Below, piece after piece: positions 52,590 to 64,000 of a stretch of DNA of 64,000 bases. A model generated the notes under the pieces. The model was not told the DNA's origin, made no database searches, and saw only the letters and a list, made by a program, of their open reading frames with translations. The DNA comes from Selaginella moellendorffii (lineage: Eukaryota; Plantae; Lycopodiophyta). Where the stretch lies: NCBI RefSeq assembly GCF_000143415.4, contig NW_003314381.1, positions 62,001-126,000 of the forward strand, given 5' to 3'. The translations under genes were made by a program, and so were the position numbers. The first letter of the stretch is position 1. Each line of letters starts with the position of its first letter.

Positions 52590-52690
52590 TACACCCCTTT
52601 TTTTAATCAATTAAAAATTTTAGGATATTTGTTTTTTGAATAATATTGGGCTGGGTGACTTCTCGGGAAGTCTAAACTTAAGAACTTATA
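52590..52690 (+). mobile_element. Cassandra-like LTR fragment
   Basis: TAATATTGGGCTGGGTGACTTCTCGGGAAGTCTAAACTTA is the 5S-like LTR end. Confidence 0.75.
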
Positions 52691-52769
52691 AATTTATTAC
52701 TTTTGTTAATATTTTGTTTTCAAGAATTTCCTTTACAATCTATTTGATTTTCATCTTTTCTTTATTTTA

Positions 52770-53221
52770 TTAAAGGCTATAATGACAATAGGTGGTTTAA
52801 GTCCAAGGATATTTAGGTTTTTAGTTTTCTAATCAAAACCTTTAATTATGAATATGAAGTAAAAATCTTCTCTCCTCTAATATATATTTCAAGTTGAAAT
52901 ATCACTTTTGTTTCATTAAAGGCTATAATTCACAATAATGTGGGTGAGGTGGTTTAAGTCCAAGGATATTTAAGTTTTTAGTTCTCTAGTCAAAACCTTT
53001 AACTATGAATGTGAATCAAAAATCTTCTCTCCTCCTCTAATATGTAATTCAAGTTGAAATATCACTCTTAGGCCATCCCTGTTCATCATTAGTGATAATT
53101 ATAGTAGTCTATAATGCTTTCTAGTTGTCTTGCTTGTCAATTTCCCTAAATCTTACAAGTTCATCATTAGTGATAATTATAGTAGTTTACAATGCTTTCT
53201 AGTTTTTTTGCTTATCAATTT
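52770..53221. repeat. Two adjacent tandem duplications (~150-bp unit x2; ~60-bp direct repeat x2)
   Basis: TAAAGGCTATAAT..GAAATATCACT occurs twice. GTTCATCATTAGTGATAATTATAGTAGT occurs twice. Confidence 0.85.
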
Positions 53222-53259
53222 ATATGTGCCTATTTTCTTATAGATCTTTGAGCATTTCT

Positions 53260-53443
53260 TATAAACTCTTGAATTTAAATTTTCTGAGAGGTCATCTAGC
53301 CTAAACCTAAAGACACTTAGCCTTAAGTATCCCAAAATTTTTAATTAATTGGAAAAAGGGGTATATTTTTATTCATGGGCCTTTTCCCTTTATATTTAAA
53401 CCCCATAAATCATCTCTTAAATCATTCTTTCTTTTTTTTTACA
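53260..53443 (-). mobile_element. Cassandra-like solo LTR (inverted)
   Basis: Reverse complement is colinear with 12635-12818. Confidence 0.8.
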
Positions 53444-56418
53444 CTTCCATCCTCATATAATGGCAACATATTTTTAAAATTATACCACTTGTTAATAGTT
53501 TTAGGTCTAAATGTAATTAGAGGATGAAGACCAAACAAAACATCCACAACTAGTGTAAATAAAGACCATACACATCCATTGTAGTGATATATATCCCCAT
53601 GAAGAACTTCTATATAAAAAATATCATGAAATGAGCATTTTAATTGTTAATATTCATGGTTCATTATGATAGGCATTTTAAATATGTCAATAACACATCT
53701 AATTAAGATCAAGAGACATTTTTTAAAGCTCTACAATCAATCATCTAGTTTATGACACCATTATTATTGGATTCAATTGTTAATTTTGCAAGAATATTTG
53801 GTTGTATCATACCAGTTGCAAGGCAAAAATATCCTCACAATAGCCTATGTGGCAAAGTTATAATGCATGTTAGCACACATGCCCATCTAATGTAAGAAGT
53901 GATATAGGGGAGTTTTGTGAATCAATTTAAAAAAGCAAAAACTACAAGGAACTCAACTATAGCACCAAAATATATTCAAAAGATTATGTTGAAGAATTTT
54001 ATTGTTGGGCTACTAAAAGAATCTATACTAGCTTATGGGAGATATTATGTGGTCTGCAACCTAATACAAGCTTAAAGAGGTATATTTGGTAATTTTAAGA
54101 AATATCTTCCTCATTTTTTGCTTTATATAAGATTGTGCAATTCTAAAAAGGGGAAAAGTGCATCCTTAAACTAAAATAGACCTAATCATTTAATAATACA
54201 TAGTTACATAATGTTGAATATTAAGGTATCTTTGACCTTAATTAGTTTAATTACTATATCCTTATAATTTTATAGTAGTAATTTATTTCCAAACTAAGTT
54301 GTTAATGAAAATGAGGACCCTTTGGTCATAAGATGTCTATGATAAACTTGGATCTTGTCTCATATTAAATATGATTGGCTCAAGTGACTTAGTAAATTCT
54401 TAGATATATTGCATTGGGTATGAATCTTTACATATTTGTCAAATCTAATGCAAACTATAGAGTAGCTTTCACAGAAAAGGAAAATAATTAGGAATAGAGC
54501 CATTTGTTAAAATATTCATAAATGGATGAAAAAAAAAGTGATTCTAACTACCTGAATAATGACATTTGCCATTGAAAAGGCACACTACAAAGCACATGCC
54601 TTGGGCTTCATCCACTTTACATATTGGTTTTCCTTTGGTTGTGAAGATGGTGGGATGGACTTTGGAGCTACAATCTTGACATTATTCTATTCTAAGAACC
54701 CACTTCTTGACTGAGCTAGCTCAAGTGTCAGATGAAGAAAGCACATCCTAATAAGTTAAATCTCTACAATATTTTTCTTAATAAGATATATTTTGCAAAT
54801 ACAAAATTTAGATCTAATCAATTTACCTTTGAGCAATATGGTAGCTCATATACAATCTTTACCATTTTAAAAAACATTTTGTGATAGTCTTTCAAAGTGA
54901 CATTGCAATGTATTATACTATTATAACTCTTGTTGCCATTGCTTCCACTAAATGCCACAAAACGTATAATCTTGAAAGTCACCACATTACAATTTTTTTA
55001 GGTGAGGTAGGTATTTTTCTCTACATGATTTGTTGTGGTCTCAATCATTGCATTTGTCTCTAGAATCATCCCTCTCTTATGTATGGTTTGGCAATGGGAT
55101 TACTAACGTGGCTCCTCACTCTTGAACTACTGTGAGAAAAATTGCAAAAGTTAAAACTACCAACACTTAGGATGTTTTTCCCAGAGTGCAAAAGGTAATT
55201 GATAAAAAGAATCTAGTTTCAAATTTAATATTATGAACCTAACATGGATTGAAAATATTTGGAAAGAAGTCAATGTTTTTTATATATTTAAAGTGTGCCA
55301 TTCTGAAACACTCAGCAAAAACAAGTTCAACTCTTTAACTTGGGAGATGAAGAGTGGTCCACCCTCTGTTTTACTGTTTTTTCCAATACTAGTGTATGGA
55401 ATCAAATTCAAAAACAGTCAGCTACAAGAGGATGGTCATCGATGCCAGGTTTTGCCTTAAATCACAGAGGAAGCCGGCCTTGGAGGTGGTGCCACTGATG
55501 TCCATGTCACCCATGAGCAACCCCAGCACTCTATACATCACAAGGACGCATTCGTGGAGTTGTTCGTCCCAAATCTCACTAACACAGTCCCGTTTCGATC
55601 ATACACGCCCAGCGTCACCGTCTCCTCGAGAACAAGATCGCACTCCCGTCCACTCCCCTTCGTTCTCGCCTGCCACAAGACCTCGTTGCTCGAACTCTCG
55701 CTTAAACACCGCATTGCAATTTTCTCCCATCTCCAGAACGTACTCGGGCCTTCTCACTGGCAGCCGGGGTACTGAAGCTCAATCGCATCCTCTCGTAGCC
55801 TGGGGAGGGATTGTTGTAATGAGGGCTAAGAACCTGGCGTAGAGCTCGTTGCTGGCGGCATCAGTGAGGGTGTGATCGTCGTCTTGGGTGTGCATGAGAA
55901 GCTTAGGAAGTTTGCTCCAAGGATCACAGGAATAGCGTAATCATGACAATAGCTGATCTGATCGATCAGCCCCCCTCCCCCGTTTGCCCCAATTGCTGTA
56001 GCCAGAGGGAGCACCTGGCTCGCAAATTCCTCCGGATTCAAGCTGCTGGTTGCACTTGATCAGCTCCAAGAGTGCTTGCTGCTAGCGAATATAATCGGGG
56101 ACACAAGGGGGATGCAAACGCATTTGAAGTTCAAAAGCTCAATATGCTTCTTTCTGGCACACGAAGTTTCCTCACAGTCTTGTCCGACTCGGAAATAAAG
56201 ATAGCACGAAATGTGTGCCTCGTACTCCTCGCAACTATAGTCAACTATGAGTTGCGTGCCTCAGACTCTTCGCCCGGACGAGAGCGGCCGGAGCATTCCA
56301 TCTGTGCATGGTTTTTTTACGGTCTCGATCAGTGATGCGGTCACTATTTGGCCAACGCGATTCCAACCCATGGCAAGCTAGTCTTAGACGGATCTTGACT
56401 TTTACCAATGGCAAGTGG

Positions 56419-56565
56419 GAGGTTCTTAAATTCTCTTCAAAGCTTGGGATTCATATTTCTGTGGCTGTAGCCTACAAGTATCCACTTCCTTCTGATGCAA
56501 GTGATTGATATGGCTCGATTTTTATCCGATGTACCTACAGCAAGGTCGGCCTTGGAGCACCTCCT
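56419..56565 (+). pseudogene. AtuA pseudogene remnant upstream of OPR copy B
   Basis: Matches the reverse complement of ~51527-51687 (exon-intron-exon), then jumps to the AtuA/OPR spacer sequence. Confidence 0.88.
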
Positions 56566-56599
56566 TGGAGGTGTTGCTCTTTAACTTGTCCTTGCAGCA

Positions 56600-57917
<1,318 letters not shown>

Positions 57918-58075
57918 CATCAATATTTTTTATCTATCTTACTCCATTTCTATGCCTTTTCTTTGTAAGATCGTCAGGATGGAAACTTGTGTTGATAGAT
58001 TGTGAAAACGTGTTAAGAGACAATGAGAAACATGCTTCGATTGAACAAACGAAAGAAAGCATGATTTAGCATCTT

Positions 58076-60052
58076 TCACTCAGCAAATAATCCCCAGATG
58101 TTTTCTTCAATTGGATAGCACGTCCACTGCGCATCCCCCAAGTCGTATTCCATCACCCTGCTCGTCTCCAGCGAGTCTTCGTTCTCCATCACATTCACAA
58201 ATATCTTGCTCACACCGTCAGTGCACAAAGAAATACACCCTTGCCATGCCCGAGCTTTGATCGTGGTCACAAGTTTGCTCGTCCCTTCACCATCCTTGAC
58301 CTCCCAAATCTCTACTGTCTCAGTGTCTTCAATGTCAAGCGATCTTCCCACCACAAACAGCCTCCCGCCACAAGCAACCATGCTTGATCTCACGTTCTTG
58401 TTTCGACCATCGGGCTCAGTGGGCGAGAGAACTCCATCCTTTGGAAAGATATCGTCCCACACATTGTTAACGCTGTCATACGCAATCACCCGCATCTTGT
58501 TGTTGAGCCTCCAGCCCTTGACACCCTCTGGCACTTTCCCCCTGTAGAACTGGATGCTAGACAAGTAAATTTTGTCCCTGCAGCTGGAGCTCGGCCCAGA
58601 GACCGAGCAATGCCAGCCGTAGCTCCGGGCGTCAACTTTGCATGGGCCTATCGGCACGTCCCACGACTTCGTAAGGGAGTTGTATCGGTGTACGTGAACA
58701 TTGGATTCTTCCGAGTTAACTGTCTCCAGGAAGAAGTAATACAGAAAGTACGTGCGGGGCGCTTGCTGCTGCTGCTTCAGAGTTATGCCAATGAATTCAC
58801 AAGGGAAGGGAGAATATTCGTCACTCTCTTTTTGTTTTGTTGCCTTGTTCTGTATATCCTGGGCGAAGGTGGTGATGTTTGGGATTTCCTCCCAGCAGTA
58901 CGTATCTGTGCTGCCAATATAGATCCGTGCAGGGAATTGTACTAAGGCACGATACTTCCGTAACTCCGGCACGCAAATCAGTCCCAGCTCTTTCAACAAC
59001 GCTCCTTCCGCAGGCTTACAATCACAAGAACGAGGAAGCTCGAGAGCGCGTACGCTTGAATTCGAGATCAGCCATAGCAGTGATCCATCTTGACAAGGCA
59101 CAGCCTGTCGTGTTATGTGAATTGCCTTGACAATGTGAGGCTTGCAAGGACGATGCTTATGACCCGAAAACATCCTCTTTCCACCCTTTCTTTCTTCGTT
59201 AGAACCATAGCTCGACCACTCGTTGCTCTCGATGTGGTACTCAATAACACGTCCCGGAGTGCGTGCTATGATCTTGTGGTTTCCATCACTTGCGAAGAGG
59301 ATGGTCGTGTTGCTGGCGTTGTAAAAATACTCGGAGATGCAAATCATTTTGTCCGCCACCAATTTCCAGACCCTCAAGAACCTGTGGCATGAGGTTCTAC
59401 CGATTACGTACAAGCTCCCGCGGCACACAACCAGTGTGGGGTCAATGATTGAGTGATTGGAAAGATTATCCCAGCCGCCTTTGTCGACGAGAACTCCCTG
59501 ATTCACGCCCTCCAGTTCTTCGCTGTCCATGTCATATGTTGCAATATCCATCTTCACACAACTGTCAGTAGCAATGTAAGCCTTGGATCCATCAGCCGCG
59601 AGCATAAAAGAGCAGCTTCGCAAATTCCACTCCTTCTTGCAACTCCACAAACCCGTCTCCGAATCAAACACCACTACCCGGATGAAGGTTGAATCTTTGG
59701 AGATGAACCCAAACAGCTTGTAAGCAAAGAAGTTCCCCACCACCTTGTGTCTCATAGCAAACCCTATGAAGTATTCACTTCGGCTGATCTCGCTCAGCTG
59801 TATGGTTCTCCAGTTTTCCAGCAGTGGATTGCCAACAACAACAAAGGAAGCAGAAAGACTTTTCGAATTATACTCATCCGAGGTCGCCTGATACAAGCAC
59901 AGAAGGCCCAAAGCGTTTTCGATGGCTCCAACCTCCATGCCTGCACAGTTTTCCGGGAGATTGAAAAACTCCTCAGTATGCGTCGATAGATCATAAGCCC
60001 AGAGCTTGTAAGGCCTGTCCCACCGTGGGCTGGACGTCGCAAACAACCACAT
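58076..60052 (-). CDS. Intronless kelch/F-box-associated beta-propeller-like protein with two tandem modules and no evident F-box
   Basis: Internal repeat LVVCRGSLYVIGR / MVACGGRLFVVGR, each followed by VWK/IWE and EY..W motifs. Confidence 0.7.
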   Translation of the reverse strand: MWLFATSSPRWDRPYKLWAYDLSTHTEEFFNLPENCAGMEVGAIENALGLLCLYQATSDEYNSKSLSASFVVVGNPLLENWRTIQLSEISRSEYFIGFAMRHKVVGNFFAYKLFGFISKDSTFIRVVVFDSETGLWSCKKEWNLRSCSFMLAADGSKAYIATDSCVKMDIATYDMDSEELEGVNQGVLVDKGGWDNLSNHSIIDPTLVVCRGSLYVIGRTSCHRFLRVWKLVADKMICISEYFYNASNTTILFASDGNHKIIARTPGRVIEYHIESNEWSSYGSNEERKGGKRMFSGHKHRPCKPHIVKAIHITRQAVPCQDGSLLWLISNSSVRALELPRSCDCKPAEGALLKELGLICVPELRKYRALVQFPARIYIGSTDTYCWEEIPNITTFAQDIQNKATKQKESDEYSPFPCEFIGITLKQQQQAPRTYFLYYFFLETVNSEESNVHVHRYNSLTKSWDVPIGPCKVDARSYGWHCSVSGPSSSCRDKIYLSSIQFYRGKVPEGVKGWRLNNKMRVIAYDSVNNVWDDIFPKDGVLSPTEPDGRNKNVRSSMVACGGRLFVVGRSLDIEDTETVEIWEVKDGEGTSKLVTTIKARAWQGCISLCTDGVSKIFVNVMENEDSLETSRVMEYDLGDAQWTCYPIEENIWGLFAE

Positions 60053-60120
60053 GGTATAAACCAATCAATCAAACTCTAGACCTAGATAGAAGCTTTTGGT
60101 ATAAGCCCTAATCAAGCAAA

Positions 60121-61976
<1,856 letters not shown>

Positions 61977-62372
61977 AAGCTTTTCACGGAGGAAATGAGA
62001 AGAGCAAGAACAAAGAACTCCTCCAAGAACTCCAAGTCAGACAAAGCAACGATTTTTTTTCCTGGGAATTTTCCACCGAGAGAGCGATTTGATGTTTCGG
62101 GCAGTATTAAATCGTTCTTCTCGTGCCACACCCATCGCAGCTTTTGCGAAAAGTCTAATCTTTTTGGCACGAGGAATCTCTCCAGTGTAAGATCTTGCTA
62201 GTGTACCACCACCACCATTAAAAATCTTTGTTGACGATGACGTAGGGGTGGGATTGACTGGGTTGTCCACGTGTAGCGCCAGGATTGACGCCAGTGGAAT
62301 GTTCTATTGAAGATCATATATTTTCACGATTGTATGGAGTGGAGTTTCTAGGTTTTTAGGCGATCGATTGGA

Positions 62373-64000
62373 ATGGTGGACGATGGCGCCAGGGCCAGCG
62401 GCTCCAGGCGCGGTGTCTTCGATTCGGATGATTACGACACTGACAATGGGAGCGATGGATCCTTGGGAAGCAGCGATTGCAAAGGCAGCGATGCCAGCTT
62501 CGATGTCTTCTCCAAGATTATCATCGGCGTCTGTGTCATGGAGAAGAAGGTGCGTTTCTTTGGAGCTTGTAGCAGCTACTGGATTCTAGGCAAAGAATGC
62601 TCGAGCTCTTTCGAGAGATTTTGGTGATTCTGTTCTAATCCCGTGTTTGGATGAAGGCATTGTCTCCTCCGATGACGGAAATCTTGAATCGTCTACGCTC
62701 TTTTGGAGAGTTTGAGGTAAAACTGAGCTGCGATTTTACGAATGCCGAGTTTTTTTATTCGTCTCTGTGCGGCGTAGATCATCAACTTCGGAGATAAAGT
62801 CATTCTCGAGGAGCCCGTGGAAGAGTTAAGTCGCAAAGTTTGACATTGCTTGTTCTTAACGTTTTTTTCTTTTCTCCAGATGGCCCGTGTGTGATTGCCT
62901 CATCGCATTTTATTCGTCTGGTTTTCCCTTGCAAAAGGCAGAAGCATACGCGCGATTGAGAAAGTGAGTATCGTTTTCTTTTTTCTTTTCTTTTTTCTCT
63001 ACTTTTTTCAGATTGTCAAAAGGTGCTTATCATTTCAGGCCTTTTCTTGTTAATGAATTGGAACCCCAGCATCTTTTGCATGACAGGCGCAAAGTTTATT
63101 CGGTACGTTTCCTTCTTTTTTACTCTCTTTATTGGTGAAGGGACTACAACTTTTTTCGTTCTCGTTGTGTGTAGCGGCTGGAAGAATATGGGATAACCAT
63201 TCCAAACTATGCTTTGGTGAATAGAGAGTTTCCAAACCAGGAACTGGAATATTTCTCGGAGGAAGAGGATTACATCGAAGTGAATGGCAAAAGAATTTTT
63301 AAGCCATTTGTTGAAAAGCCTGTGAATGGTGCGTATAGAACTTCATATATACAGGTTTCACTAAAGTGGCTATGCAAGCAGGAGATAATCACAGCGTCAT
63401 GATCTACTATCCTAGCGCTGCTGGCGGTGGAATGAAAGAGCTTTTCCGCAAGGTGATGAAGCATTAAGCAAAATGTAACCTCTTACCCGATGTATTAATG
63501 CCGCAGATTGGAAATCGTTCAAGTGAGTTTCATCCCGAGATAAGACGAGTTCGAAGAGAAGGCTCTTATATCTATGAGGAGTTTATGCCAACTGGGGGAA
63601 CAGATGTCAAGGTAGACAACTCAACTTCTTGTTCTTAGCAGTCGCCTCTTCTGAACTGCAGGTATACACTGTTGGACCAGAATATGCTCATGCTGAGGCA
63701 CGAAAATCACCTGTTGTTGACGGGGTTGTTTTGAGAAGTCCTGATGGAAAAGAGGTACAAGAAGTTCGTTTGTTTCCTAATTCTTAAAATAGCTTGGCAC
63801 AGATACGATACCCAGTACTACTGACGCCAGCCGAGAAGCAGATGGCCCGAGAAGTCTGTGTGTCTTTTGGCCAAGCAGTAAGTACATTTGGTAACTTCCA
63901 AGTGGAAGAGTTCTCATTTTAACGGTTTTGGCAGGTGTGTGGTTTTGACCTCTTGCGATCTCAAGGGAGGTCTTATGTTTGCGATGTCAATGGATGGAGT
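62373..64000 (+). CDS. VIH: Inositol hexakisphosphate/diphosphoinositol pentakisphosphate kinase (VIH/PPIP5K), 5' part, runs off the window
   Basis: [63 protein letters not shown]. Confidence 0.95.

Noticed and set aside
53450-55200. Possible decayed DNA-transposon (PIF/Harbinger-like) transposase
   Set aside because: Only faint motif echoes and no TIRs identified. An HMM search is needed.

Overview
Eukaryotic plant nuclear DNA, most likely a lycophyte of the Selaginella type. This is inferred from ~50-65 nt introns, very short intergenic gaps and PPR proteins built from tandem 31-aa repeats. 0.5-14 kb is an AT-rich graveyard of nested retroelements: two head-to-head copies of a short-LTR Ty3/gypsy family with a tRNA-Ala-type PBS, a solo LTR, a 1.9-kb TG..CA insert and a complete Cassandra TRIM with 5S-rRNA-like LTRs. 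14-26 kb is a tandem array of peroxisomal (C-terminal SKL) 4CL-like acyl-CoA ligases (one intact, one frameshifted, one fragment), separated by a decayed LINE holding a very young but defective Ty1/copia. 27-64 kb is gene-dense: a kinase-less S-domain receptor beside a non-RD S-domain kinase, a metallo-beta-lactamase, class III peroxidase, WBP2/GRAM-like protein, EngB GTPase, coiled-coil protein, ABC1K3, SCP1-like phosphatase, two PLS-PPRs, an inverted duplication (kelch-OPR-AtuA) with reciprocal gene loss, LL-DAP aminotransferase and the 5' part of VIH/PPIP5K. The most unusual signal is an AtuA-family gene whose stop lies 52 nt upstream of a same-strand OPR start codon, bridged by a canonical-looking 50-nt intron. 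This is a candidate bicistronic, operon-like unit. Exon boundaries were read by eye and relic boundaries are approximate.
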